A DNA stretch of 64,000 nt, from the NCBI GenBank assembly GCA_002269645.1, contig NIVC01000714.1, positions 399,358 through 463,357 of the forward strand, written 5' to 3'. The stretch's first letter is position 1. The number at the start of each line of letters is the position of its first letter. The position numbers and the translations under genes were made by a program. This DNA comes from Macrostomum lignano. Its lineage: Eukaryota. The notes under the pieces are model-generated. The model was not told the DNA's origin and searched no databases. It was given only the letters and a program-made list of their open reading frames with translations. Of this stretch, positions 31,981 through 44,999 are shown one piece after another.

Positions 31981-32726
31981 TCAGAATGGCTACTAAACTA
32001 CCCTCAGAATGGCCACTAAACTGCCATCAGAATGGCCACTAAACTGCCATCAGAATGGCCACTAAACTGCCATCAGAATGGCCACTAAACTGCCCTCAGA
32101 ATGGCCACTAAACTGCCCTCAGAATGGCCACTAAACTGCCCTCAGAATGGCCACTAAACTGCCCTCAGAATGGCCACTAAACTGCCCTCAGAATGGCCAC
32201 TAAACTGCCCTCAGAATGGCCACTAAACTGCCCTCAGAATGGCCACTAAACTGCCCTCAGAATGGCCACTAAACTGCCCTCAGAATGGCCACTAAACTGC
32301 CCTCAGAATGGCGACTAAACTGCCCTCAGAATGGCCACTAAACTGCCCTCAGAATGGCGACTAAACTGCCCTCAGAATGGCGACTAAACTACCCTCAGAA
32401 TGGCCACTAAACTGCCCTCAGAATGGCCACTAAACTGCCCTCAGAATGGCCACTAAACTGCCCTCAGAATTGCCACTAAACTGCCCTCAGAATGGCCACT
32501 AAACTGCCCTCAGAATAGCCACTAAACTGCCCTCAGAATGGCGACTAAACTGCCCTCAGAATGGCCACTAAACTGCCCTCAGAATGGCGACTAAACTGCC
32601 CTCAGAATGGCCACTAAACTGCCCTCAGAATGGCCACTAAACTGCCCTCAGAATGGCGACTAAACTACCCTCAGAATGGCCACTAAACTGCCCTCAGAAC
32701 GGCCACTAAACTGCCCTCAGAATTGC
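31981..32726. repeat. 23-bp minisatellite, about 32 copies
   Basis: Unit CAGAATGGCCACTAAACTGCCCT. Confidence 0.95.
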
Positions 32727-33169
32727 CAGTATAAACTAGATAAATGCCACTCATTTTTAATTTCACCATTTAAAAAAACAAAAATGTATGGTAGTAACCC
32801 TAGTCTGCTCGAACTAACGTCAATTAGATTTTTAGTAATCGTTTTGCGTTTATTTTGATGCATTGACATTATTATTGTGTTACTTTCAGTAGCAAGCACA
32901 GGTTTGTAGAACCAATTTTTATTGACTAATACAGACTAATAAACAGCATGCGTCACAGGTTAAACAGTTGCACGGTTCAAGTGAATAGTGCAGCACACTT
33001 ATACTCCTTGTTGTATCAATCGCTTCTCATCATATTGCTCCTTTTAGAAATTAGTATAAGCAGAAAATATACAAATTGAAATGTCATTGTTTTCTTTTCT
33101 TTTATTGTTAAACTAGCGTTGATAATTTTGTGTTGACTTCGTTTCTTAATAATTTTCTCAGTTGAGAGG

Positions 33170-34300
33170 CGTTGTTGCAGATCGGGATGGATTATTGCAT
33201 ATTGGGATGGATTATTGCATATTGGGAAGGGTTGTTGCAGATTGGGAAGGGTTGTTGCAGATTGGGAAGGGTTGTTGCAGATTGGGAAGGGTTGTTGCAG
33301 ATTGGGAAGGGTTGTTGCAGATTGGGAAGGGTTGTTGCGAATTGGGAAGGGTTGTTGCAGATTGGGAAGGGTTGCTGCGGATTGGGAAGTGTTGTTGCAG
33401 ATTGGGAAGGGTTGTTGCGAATTGGGAAGGGTTGTTGCAGATTGGGAAGGGTTGCTGCGGATTGGGAAGTGTTGTTGCAGATTGGGAAGGGTTGTTGCGA
33501 ATTGGGAAGGGTTGTTGCAGATTGGGAAGGGTTGCTGCGGATTGGGAAGTGTTGTTGCAGATTGGGAAGGGTTGTTGCGAATTGGGAAGGGTTGTTGCAG
33601 ATTGGGAAGGGTTGCTGCGGATTGGGAAGGGTTGTTGCAGATTGGGAAGGGTTGTTGCGAATTGGGAAGGGTTGTTGCAGATTGGGAAGGGTTGCTGCGG
33701 ATTGGGAAGGGTTGCTGCGGATTGGGAAGGGTTGTTGCAGATTGGGAAGGGTTGTTGCGAATTGGGAAGGGTTGTTGCAGATTGGGAAGGGTTGCTGCGA
33801 ATTGGGAAGGGTTGATGCAGATTGGGAAGGGTTGCTGCGGATTGGGAAGGGTTGTTGCAGATTGGGAAGGGTTGCTGCGGATTGGGAAGGGTTGTTGCAG
33901 ATTGGGAAGGGTTGTTGCAGATTGGGAAGGGTTGTTGCAGATTGGAAAGGGTTGTTGCAGATTGAGAAGGGTTGTTGCAGATTGGAAAGGGTTGTTGCAG
34001 ATTGAGAAGGGTTGTTGCAGATTGGGAAGGGTTGTTGCAGATTGGGGATGCTTGTTGCACATTGGGAAGGGTTGTTGCAGATTGGGAAGGGTTGTTGCAG
34101 ATTGGGAAGGGTTGTTGCAGATTGGAAAGGGTTGTTGCAGATTGAGAAGGGTTGTTGCAGATTGGAAAGGGTTGTTGCAGATTGAGAAGGGTTGTTGCAG
34201 ATTGGGAAGGGTTGTTGCAGATTGGGGATGGTTGTTGCACATTGGGAAGGGTTGTTGCAGATTGGGAAGGGTTGTTGCAGATTGGGAAGGGTTGTTGCAG
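33170..34300. repeat. 20-bp minisatellite, about 56 copies
   Basis: Unit ATTGGGAAGGGTTGTTGCAG. Confidence 0.95.
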
Positions 34301-34847
34301 AAATTTAGAATCAAATAAAAGTTTGAAAGGCAATGTATAAAATACGTACAAACTGTAGTTTTTTTAAATTAACACAAAAATATTTTATAGCATTGAATGA
34401 ACCAAGTACGCTCGTACATTGAAAAGCACTTTAACAGATTCAGATTAACAGGTAATTGCAGATTTATCTCAAAAATATCTGCAAATAGTGCACTTGAAAA
34501 AATGCTACATTAAAAAATTGATTCGGCAACTGCTGTAATTTTAGGCAATTCATTTGTGTACAGATCTGATGGCGCAATCCCCTGAAAAACAAACGAAATA
34601 TTTTTTATCGATTTTTATTCTGCAAATTTACTGATAAAAACAATTAATGATTGTAGACGAGCCATAATGCCTAACAGATTTTTATGTTAGCAAAGTTTTA
34701 AATAACAGTATGAGTGTCGTTGGAAGATAAAAAATAGGAATTTTGATTGTTTACAGACAAACTGGTTTCATGCAATTTGTGACACTTGTGAGTTGTGAAT
34801 GCACTATATACATGTATATATAACATACTGTATGACAGCATATCTTA

Positions 34848-35217
34848 CAGGCGGCACCCGTATCTAACAGGTGACACCCATATCTAACAGGTGACTCACC
34901 ATATCTAACAGGTAACAGCCATATCTAACAGGTGACACTCATATCTAACAGGTAACGCTCATATCTAACAGGTGACACCCACATCTAACAGGTAACACTC
35001 ATATCTAACAGGTTACAGCCATATCTAACAGGTGACACCCATATCTAACAGGTAACACTCATATCTAACAGGTGACAGCCATATCTAACAGGTAACACCC
35101 CATATCTAACAGGTAACACCCCATATCTAACAGGTGACAGCCATATCTAACAGGTAACACCCCATATCTAACAGGTAACACCCCATATCTAACAGGTATC
35201 AGCTATATCTAGCAGGT
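34848..35217. repeat. 20-bp minisatellite family A, inverted orientation, about 18 copies
   Basis: CCATATCTAACAGGTGACAC is the reverse complement of the family A unit; lies just 3' of the IAP stop codon. Confidence 0.93.
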
Positions 35218-35255
35218 TACGAACATGTGACACCTCAGAGCACCACACCGGAGTC

Positions 35256-38200
35256 TCAGGCCGGGTTGAGCAGGCAGATGGCGAGAATCTCAGCTCCGCA
35301 GACGGGACAGTCAGCAGCCTGGGCCTCGCAGGCCGGGCAGAGGCTGCGGTGGCTGCAGGGCAGCAGGCAGCAGGCCGCCTCCCCGCAGCCGCACAGCCGG
35401 CAGCGCAGTCGAGCGGTCCACGATGGCACCGAAGCCGCGGCCAGCTGGCGCTTCTTCTGGGCGGCGGCCAGCCAGTCCTCGGCCAGGGCGGCCACCCGGC
35501 CGATCCCGCAGTCGTCGGCCCGTTTGCGAAGCTCCATCGCAGTCTCCAGCTGCAGTTCGCCGCTGGCAAAATCGTCTCCGCAGAAAGCGAGCTGCAGCCT
35601 GATGGCCGCCTCGGCGTCCTGCGGATGATCGGCGATGTCGGCAAGTCGGGCGGCCAGCTGGGCGGCCGGCAGGTCGGCGCGAGCCCGCGGGCTGCGCCTG
35701 TCGACGCGGAAGAGCAGCGCCGCTGTCGCCAGCGTCGAGCCGCGGAGGAGCCGCCGACGTTGCGGCGTTGCGTCAATGAGCTGGCCGCCGCCGCCGCCGC
35801 TGCCGCAAATATCGACGGGGCTGTCATTGTCGGCGCCGACGATTCTCAAGGTCGGAAAGTTGGCCTCGGCGACGGCGCTGACGAACGCCGAGCCGCGTTC
35901 GCGCAGCAGGTGCGGGCATGTCGGCGACAGGCGGGCGTGCAGCAGCCAGGGGCAGGGCGGCTGTCAGGCGACGTTGGAGGCCACCGACCAGGCCAGGACG
36001 GCGCTCGGTGGAAAAGCGACGCCGCAAGCGTAGCAACGGCAGGCAGCTGTCGACAACGGCTTGTCGTTGGCGGCGTCGACAACGTGGAAGCCGGACTTGG
36101 CGGCCAGCCAATCAGAAGCCAGGCCGCGGCACCAGGCGCTGGACTGCAGGCTGGCCTGCCGACTGACTGTGCGAGCAGCGACCAGCGGCGGCAGGCAGCT
36201 GGCGGCGGCGGATTCGCTGGGCATCGAAAACTGCGGAGAATTGCGGCAGATTTGTTTAGTGTCAGTGGCAGATTGGTGAAGTGTCGGTGGCAGATTTGTT
36301 TAGTGTCAGTGGCAGATTTGTTTAGTGTCGGTGGCAGATTTGTTTAGTGTCGGTGGCAGATTTGTTTAGTGTCGGTGACAGATTTGTTTAGTGTCGGTGG
36401 CAGATTGGTGAAGTATCGGTGGCAGATTAGTTTAGTGTCGGTGGCAGATTTGTTTAGTGTCAGTGGCAGATTTGTTTAGTGTCGGTGGCAGATTTGTTTA
36501 GTGTCGGTGGCAGATTTGTTTAGTGTCGGTGGCAGATTTGTTTAGTGTCGGTGGCAGATTTGTTTAGTGTTGGTGGCAGATTTGTTTAGTGTCGGTGGCA
36601 GATTGGTGAAGTATCGGTGGCAGATTAGTTTAGTGTCGGTGGCATATTTGTTTAGTGTCGGTGGCAGATTTGTTTAGTGTCGGTGGCAGATTGGTGAAGT
36701 GTCGGTGGCAGATTTGTTTAGTGTCGGTGGCAGATTTGTTTAGTGTCGGTGGCAGATTAGTTTAGTGTCGGTGGCATATTTGTTTAGTGTCGGTGGCATA
36801 TTTGTTTAGTGTCGGTGGCAGATTTGTTTAGTGTCGGTGGCAGATTGGTGAAGTATCGGTGGCAGATTGGTGAAGTGTCGGTGGCATATTTGTTTAGTGT
36901 CGGTGGCAGATTGGTGAAGTGTCGGTGGCAGATTTGTTTAGTGTCGGTGGCAGATTGGTGAAGTGTCGGTGGCAGATTTGTTTAGTGTCGGTGGCAGATT
37001 GGTGAAGTGTCGGTGGCAGATTTGTTTAGTGTCGGTGGCAGATTTGTTTAGTGTCGGTGGCATATTTGTTTAGTGTCGGTGGCAGATTAGTTTAGTGTCG
37101 GTGGCAGATTGGTGAAGTGTCGGTGGCAGATTAGTTTAGTGTCGGTGGCAGATTAGTTTAGTGTCGGTGGCAGATTTGTTTAGTGTCGGTGGCAGATTTG
37201 TTTAGTGTCGGTGGCAGATTAGTTTAGTGTCGGTGGCAGATTTGTTTAGTGTCGGTTGCAGATTTGTTTAGTGTCGGTGGCAGATTGGTGAAGTGTCGGT
37301 GGCAGATTTGTTTAGTGTCGGTGACAGATTTGTTTAGTGTCGGTGGCATATTTGTTTAGTGTCGGTGGCAGATTGGTGAAGTGTCGGTGGCAGATTTGTT
37401 TAGTGTCGGTGGCAGATTAGTTTAGTGTCGGTGGCAGATTTGTTTAGTGTCGGTTGCAGATTAGTTTAGTGTCGGTGGCAGATTGGTGAAGTGTCGGTGG
37501 CAGATTAGTTTAGTGTCGGTGGCAGATTAGTTTAGTGTCGGTGGCAGATTGGTGAAGTGTCGGTGGCAGATTAGTTTAGTGTCGGTGGCAGATTTGTTTA
37601 GTGTCGGTGACAGATTTGTAAAGTGGCAGGTGGCAGATTTGTTTAGTGTCGGTGGCAGATTGGTGAAGTGTCGGTGGCAGATTGGTGAAGTGTCGGTGGC
37701 ATATTTGTTTAGTGTCGGTGGCAGATTTGTTTAGTGTCGGTGGCAGATTGGTGAAGTGTCGGTGGCAGATTTGTTTAGTGTCGGTGGCAGATTTGTTTAG
37801 TGTCGGTGACAGATTAGTTTAGTGTCGGTGGCAGATTTGTTTAGTGTCGGTGGCAGATTGGTGAAGTGTCGGTGGCAGATTTGTTTAGTGTCGGTGGCAG
37901 ATTTGTTTAGTGTCGGTGGCATATTTGTTTAGTGTCGGTGGCAGATTAGTTTAGTGTCGGTGGCAGATTGGTGAAGTGTCGGTGGCAGATTAGTTTAGTG
38001 TCGGTGGCAGATTAGTTTAGTGTCGGTGGCAGATTTGTTTAGTGTCGGTTGCAGATTTGTTTAGTGTCGGTGGCAGATTGGTGAAGTGTCGGTGGCATAT
38101 TTGTTTAGTGTCGGTGACAGATTTGTTTAGTGTCGGTGGCATATTTGTTTAGTGTCGGTGGCAGATTGGTGAAGTGTCGGTGGCAGATTTGTTTAGTGTC

Positions 38201-41200
38201 GGTGGCAGATTAGTTTAGTGTCGGTGGCAGATTAGTTTAGTGTCGGTGGCAGATTGGTGAAGTGTCGGTGGCAGATTAGTTTAGTGTCGGTGGCAGATTA
38301 GTTTAGTGTCGGTGGCATATTTGTTTAGTGTCGGTGGCAGATTGGTGAAGTGTCGGTGGCATATTAGTTTAGTGTCGGTGGCAGATTTGTTTAGTGTCGG
38401 TTGCAGATTTGTTTAGTGTCGGTGGCATATTTGTTTAGTGTCGGTGGCATATTTGTTTAGTGTCGGTGGCATATTTGTTTAGTGTCGGTGGCAGATTTGT
38501 TTAGTGTCGGTGGCAGATTGGTGAAGTGTCGGTGGCAGATTGGTGAAGTGTCGGTGGCATATTTGTTTAGTGTCGGTGGCAGATTAGTTTAGTGTCGGTG
38601 GCAGATTTGTTTAGTGTCGGTGGCAGATTGGTGAAGTGTCGGTGGCAGATTTGTTTAGTGTCGGTGGCAGATTTGTTTAGTGTCGGTGGCATATTTGTTT
38701 AGTGTCGGTGGCAGATTAGTTTAGTGTCGGTGGCATATTTGTTTAGTGTCGGTGGCAGATTGGTGAAGTGTCGGTGGCAGATTAGTTTAGTGTCGGTGGC
38801 ATATTTGTTTAGTGTCGGTGGCACATTGGTGAAGTGTCGGTGGCAGATTTGTAAAGTGGCAGGTGGCAGATTTGTTTAGTGTCGGTGGCAGATTGGTGAA
38901 GTGTCGGTGGCAGATTAGTTTAGTGTAGGTGACAGATTTGTAAAGTGGCAGGTGGCAGATTTGTTTAGTGTCGGTGGCAGATTTGTTTAGTGTAGGTGAC
39001 AGATTTGTAAAGTGGCAGGTGGCATATTTGTTTAGTGTCGGTGGCAGATTGGTGAAGTGTCGGTGGCAGATTTGTTTAGTGTCGGTGGCAGATTGGTGAA
39101 GTGTCGGTGGCAGATTAGTTTAGTGTCGGTGGCAGATTTGTTTAGTGTAGGTGGCAGATTGGTGAAGTGTCGGTGGCAGATTAGTTTAGTGTCGGTGGCA
39201 TATTTGTTTAGTGTCGGTGGCAGATTTGTTTAGTGTCGGTGGCAGATTTGTTTAGTGTCGGTGGCAGATTGGTGAAGTGTCGGTGGCAGATTAGTTTAGT
39301 GTCGGTGGCATATTTGTTTAGTGTCGGTGGCAGATTTGTTTAGTGTCGGTGGCAGATTTGTTTAGTGTCGGTGGCAGATTGGTGAAGTGTCGGTGGCAGA
39401 TTGGTGAAGTGTCGGTGGCAGATTGGTGAAGTGTCGGTGGCATATTTGTTTAGTGTCGGTGGCAGATTTGTTTAGTGTCGGTGGCAGATTGGTGAAGTGT
39501 CGGTGGCAGATTTGTTTAGTGTCGGTGGCAGATTTGTTTAGTGTCGGTGGCAGATTGGTGAAGTGTCGGTGGCAGATTTGTTTAGTGTCGGTGGCAGATT
39601 TGTTTAGTGTCGGTGGCAGATTAGTTTAGTGTCGGTGGCAGATTTGTTTAGTGTCGGTTGCAGATTAGTTTAGTGTCGTTGGCAGATTGGTGAAGTGTCG
39701 GTGGCAGATTAGTTTAGTGTCGGTGGCAGATTAGTTTAGTGTCGGTGGCAGATTTGTTTAGTGTCGGTGGCAGATTGGTGAAGTGTCGGTTGCAGATTTG
39801 TTTAGTGTCGGTGGCAGATTGGTGAAGTGTCGGTGGCAGATTAGTTTAGTGTCGGTGGCAGATTTGTTTAGTGTCGGTTGCAGATTTGTTTAGTGTCGGT
39901 GGCAGATTGGTGAAGTGTCGGTGGCAGATTTGTTTAGTGTCGGTGACAGATTTGTTTAGTGTCGGTGGCAGATTGGTGAAGTGTCGGTGGCAGATTAGTT
40001 TAGTGTCGGTGGCAGATTAGTTTAGTGTCGGTGGCAGATTTGTTTAGTGTCGGTGGCAGATTGGTGAAGTGTCGGTGGCAGATTGGTGAAGTGTCGGTGG
40101 CATATTTGTTTAGTGTCGGTGGCAGATTAGTTTAGTGTCGGTGGCAGATTTGTTTAGTGTCGGTGGCAGATTGGTGAAGTGTCGGTGGCAGATTTGTTTA
40201 GTGTCGGTGGCAGATTTGTTTAGTGTCGGTGGCATATTTGTTTAGTGTCGGTGGCAGATTAGTTTAGTGTCGGTGGCATATTTGTTTAGTGTCGGTGGCA
40301 GATTGGTGAAGTGTCGGTGGCAGATTAGTTTAGTGTCGGTGGCAGATTTGTTTAGTGTCGGTGGCAGATTAGTTTAGTGTCGGTGGCATATTTGTTTAGT
40401 GTCGGTGGCAGATTGGTGAAGTGTCGGTGGCAGATTTGTTTAGTGTCGGTGGCAGATTGGTGAAGTGTCGGTGGTGGCAGATTTGTTTAGTGTCGGTGGC
40501 AGATTGGTGAAGTATCGGTGGCAGATTTGTTTAGTGTCGGTGGCAGATTGGTGAAGTGTCGGTGGCAGATTTGTTTAGTGTCGGTGGCAGATTGGTGAAG
40601 TGTCGGTGGCAGATTGGTGAAGTGTCGGTGGCAGATTGGTGAAGTGTCGGTGGCAGATTTAAAAAAAATACGCTCTCGGGGCCACCGGCCGCTCCCTCAC
40701 GCTGCACTCCGTGGCCAGACCGCAGAACCGAGCGCTGTCGTATGCCAGACGCTCCGCAGGTCCGCTGGTCCTCTTGTCCATCGCCAAGTTGACTTCGTTG
40801 ACGATGCCCGACAGCTCGGTGCACTGAATTGGCGACTTTTGAGCAGCAGCGGTTGTTGGTATTGGTTCAGTCGTCGGCGTCAGGGTTTCGACAATTGGTT
40901 GATTGCCGACATTGAAGCCCAGCAGCAGGTGGCACTCTGGACGGTCTCGCGAGTGGCATTGAGTCGGCGATTCGCCTGCGCTGCTTAAGAAGTTGACGCT
41001 GCCGCAGCAGAAAGCGCATCTGGAGTGGACAAGATTGAGAGATTTTTCTGGAATAGATTGGGGCGATTTTTCTTTACTAAATTGGGCGATTTTTCTAGAC
41101 TAAATTGGGCGATTTTTCTAGACTGAATTGGAGGATTTTTCTAGACTGAATTGGAGGATTTTTCTAGATTGAATTGGGCGATTTTTCTACACTAAATTGG

Positions 41201-42625
41201 AGGATTTTTCTAGACTGAATTGGGCGATTTTTCTAGACTGAATTGGGCGATTTTTCTACACTAAATTGGGCGATTTTTCTAGACTAAATTGGGCGATTTT
41301 TCTATACTAAATTGGGCGATTTTTCTAGACTAAATTGGGCGATTTTTCTAGACTAAATTGGGCGATTTTTCTAGACTAAATTGGGCGATTTTTCTAGACT
41401 AAATTGGAGGATTTTTCTAGACTGAATTGGGCGATTTTTCTAGACTGAATTGGGCGATTTTTCTACACTAAATTGGAGGATTTTTCTAGACTGAACTGGG
41501 CGATTTTTCTAGACTGAATTGGGCGATTTTTCTAGACTAAATTGGGCGATTTTTCTACACTAAATTGGGCGATTTTTCTAGACTAAATTGGGCGATTTTT
41601 CTACACTAAATTGGAGGATTTTTCTAGACTAAATTGGGCGATTTTTCTAGACTAAATTGGGCGATTTTTCTAGACTAAATTGGGCGATTTTTCTATACTA
41701 AATTGGGCGATTTTTCTATACTAAATTGGGCGATTTTTCTAGACTAAATTGAGCGATTTTTCTAGATTAAATTGAGCGATTTTTCTAGACTAAATTGGGC
41801 GATTTTTCTATACTAAATTGGGCGATTTTTCTATACTAAATTGGGCGATTTTTCTATACTAAATTGGGCGATTTATCTAGACTAATTTGAGCGATTTTTC
41901 TACACTAAATCTGGCGATTTTTCTAGACTAAATTGGGCGATTTTTCTACACTAAATTGGAGGATTTTTCTAGACTAAATTGGGCGATTTTTCTAGACTAA
42001 ATTGGGCGATTTTTCTAGACTGAATTGAGCGATTTTTCTACACTAAATTGGAGGATTTTTCTAGACTGAATTTGGTCCCAAATATATTCACGAGGTTAAT
42101 TATTCAGTAGAGATTCGTGGGAACTCTACACCCTGTGTGAGCATGTGCCTGCTGGGGGTCAACAGAATGGACATATTCTGTTCAGTTAGAATTCTGCAAT
42201 AAGCGAAGCCGCGCCCACCTCAGCGGGTGCCGCACCCGGCCAGTGAAGTACAGACCCTCGGCCGCGGCGGCTTTCACGTCTTCCGGCTGACGAGGCACCG
42301 GCGTGGCACCGGCGCCGCTACTTGCAGCTTCAGGCACCGAGAGAAAAGTCAGCAGCCGATTTTGCTCCAGTCGCATGTCGCGACACGCTGCTGGCAGGCC
42401 GGCTGGCAGTCGGTACGACTGGGACACCACAGCGGCCACCTCCGCCGCTGAAAAGTCTACTCGTCGACGCTCACGAACTCCAGTGACAGCGTTGTCGGCA
42501 TAGTAGGCCATGTAACGGCACAGTCGAATGTCGCCTTTGCTGTCCGGGATGTTGTTGTTTACTGAGGAGTTGGTAGCCTCGGAAACAGTTAAATCAGGAG
42601 TTGGAGCTGCGGCAGTGTTGGCCAT
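35256..42625 (-). CDS. Inhibitor of apoptosis (IAP/BIRC): BIR-BIR-UBA-like-RING; in-frame TGA at 35966-35964
   Basis: Exons 42625-42219, 41019-40701, 36230-35256. BIR1: MRLEQNRLLTF...AEGLYFTGRVRHPLR|CAFCCG...CHSRDRPECHLLLGFNVGNQP. BIR2: SRQASL...LAAKSGFHVV...CRCYACG...PWLLHARLSPTCPHLLRERGSAFV. C-terminal RING: CRLCGCGEAACCLLPCSHRSLCPACEAQAADCPVC. The frame upstream of the first ATG is open back to an acceptor at 42713. Confidence 0.85.
36244..40659. repeat. 22-bp intronic minisatellite, about 200 copies, with discrete variant types
   Basis: GTGTCGGTGGCAGA followed by TTTGTTTA, TTAGTTTA or TTGGTGAA; fills IAP intron 2 (36231-40700). Confidence 0.97.
41035..42072. repeat. 23-bp intronic minisatellite, about 45 copies
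   Basis: Unit TTGGGCGATTTTTCTAGACTAAA in IAP intron 1. Confidence 0.95.
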
Positions 42626-42831
42626 AGACAGTAGATGGTCGATGATTGCCCTGTGTCTTTGATTTGGCCGGCAGCCTTCCAGTTGAAATAGGCTGCATTG
42701 AGAGCCGATTTCCTGTCGGAATTAGAAAATTTGTGTTTTAGCCAATAGTTGCAAAGATAGACTATAACAACACCCCTATTTTTAATTCAAAAAAAATTTG
42801 GCCCTTTATTCATTGACAACAATTATGTAGG

Positions 42832-43010
42832 CAGGGACTACTCAAACACCGGGACGGGAAACTAAATTTTTTTACGAGACTGGCTGGCAATTATTTGCAT
42901 TAGAGAGATGCTGTGTTACTTTGTTGTCTATGGTTATTTTCTACTGCTGATAAAAGACCAGCCTCGTAAAAAATTCCTAGTTTCCCGTCCCGGTGTTTGA
43001 GTAGTCCCTG
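42832..43010. mobile_element. hAT-type MITE, 179 bp
   Basis: Perfect 33-bp TIR CAGGGACTACTCAAACACCGGGACGGGAAACTA with imperfect extension; perfect 8-bp TSD TATGTAGG at 42824-42831 and 43011-43018. An 8-bp TSD with CAG-start TIRs is typical of hAT. Confidence 0.9.
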
Positions 43011-44999
43011 TATGTAGGAACGAATTATAAATAATAATAGTTACACACCTGAGCGATGGCTGCACATTTAAACCTGTAATATGCATTAGTTTCATTAGAT
43101 AAAGCAGCTCTTTCAAGCTCATTCAAATAGTTTTGAAGGTGCTTTGCAGAAGTTTGATTCTGCCATGTGGTTCTTACTAATAGTCCAGGAGAATTCATGG
43201 ACAAGAAATGAATTTCAATGTCTAGTAATATAATTATCAGAAAGGCTATAGCGGTACTACAAGTAATGATTTTCAATTTCAAAACATTGCTTTTATTGAC
43301 TGAAATGTGCAATCACCTTATATTATATGCTTTTATAACGTTTTATCTTTTTATTTTTTTTTCAAATGTAATAGGAATCTAGTGGAGACGTGTTGGTTCC
43401 TTGTTTTTCATGTATTTCTTAGTACACTTTGCTTTAATTTTGTGCGATCTTACGCAGTATAATAAATTCTACTGCTGTAAATAGCATAAAAGTCTTAAAA
43501 AACAACTGTTAAAGTTTTAAGATGTTTTAGAACTTCTATATTATTTTCACTTAAAATTTATTTACTCAGAGCGCAAAAGTAAATTCGTATTTGAATTTGC
43601 ACTAATTTTCCTTTTAACTATGCATGCATGCATGCATGGCCTGGGCTAAGCAATGCTTATTCCCATAAGGCCTAGTTATATATTTTATATTATCTCTACA
43701 AAATGTTTATTTTTTGAATAATTGCATAGTGCACATACTTCATAGGCCTTGTATTGACTTTTGCTAACTTTCCATACTATATTCAATATATTTTATTTTA
43801 GAAACTTCTGTATAATTATTACTTTATTTTCTATATTAGACAATTTAAATTCCCATATGTATACTTCTTATTTAAATTGCCTTGATGCAAAATTCAGGAA
43901 TTAAATGCTGTTTGAGCAAGTATAAATTGCAATATATTTGTAATAGTGAGATAGAGGTAAAGAAAAAAAATTTGGCAGCCCAGTTGGCTAACACCAAATT
44001 GGAACAGTTCTGACTTTTGAATTTCTGCTGGCATTAGGTTCGAACAAAGAAATCTAGAAAATCATGTAGACAAATCCTAACAAAATTTTTCCTATTTTAC
44101 TCTGGCTGCTAGGGTCCTTAATTCTTGGAGGAAGGTAGTCCTAATTATAGACAAGGGGTCTTTGTTAGGCACAGTCATTCAGAGCAAGTCCTTAGACACC
44201 AAAATTAATGTGCATTGAAATGCTTAGCTGATTACTATCAGTAGTGTAGCACTGCCACCATTGTAATTTATCTATTACAGAACAATGATATCTCAAAGCT
44301 TTTTTTAAGATGAGAACTTGGTTATTTTATGCCCCATAGGCCATAGGCAAATGACTCAAGATAGGCTATGGCTTCATTTAATTAATAAGTTTATTTGAAG
44401 GTTATTAAAATTTCTTAAGAGCAAAACTTAAAATATTAACTAGATTAAGCAAAGGTGACTTATTATTATGATGGTGACTCTACTAGTAGACAATAACCTG
44501 CAGCACCACGTGCACACTCATAAGTGTTAATTTGAAATCAAGTGCAAGCTAACAGGCTCAAGTCAAACTAAAAGGATTTCTAAGAGTTAAAGTAGTAAAA
44601 CCAATTAAATTGTTAGGCAGAAAGGAGAAGGAAAGGGAAGGTAGACAGGATAGGAAGGCATAAAATTGAGCAATGCTGGTGAGCACCATTAAATAAAAGT
44701 TAGAAAGCAGAAAGTGGACAAAGGGGACAAAGCATAAATGCCAAAAACCTTTAAAAATTTAAAACCTTTAAAAAAACCTTTAAAAAATTTATTGCAGAAA
44801 AACAAAGGAAAGGAAAAAAATAACCAGATGGAAGACATACAAAACCAGGAAAATGAGCAAGGAGGCCAAGCCTAGGAACCAGGAAGATGACAAAATTTTG
44901 TCAAAGGGAGCACCTTATGGTGGACAGATTGGGCCAACCCGAGTAATAGAAAAAGAGGGGAGGGTCACACAATAGTTTGAAATTATTAATAGTAAATTG

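Noticed and set aside
34600-35255. Selenocysteine explanation (SECIS) for the IAP TGA
   Set aside because: The TGA is not at a Cys-equivalent BIR position and I saw no convincing SECIS stem in the downstream region; a SECISearch run would be needed to exclude it fully.
35349-36347. 332-aa plus-strand ORF and other overlapping ORFs
   Set aside because: Antisense shadow of the GC-rich IAP exon 3.
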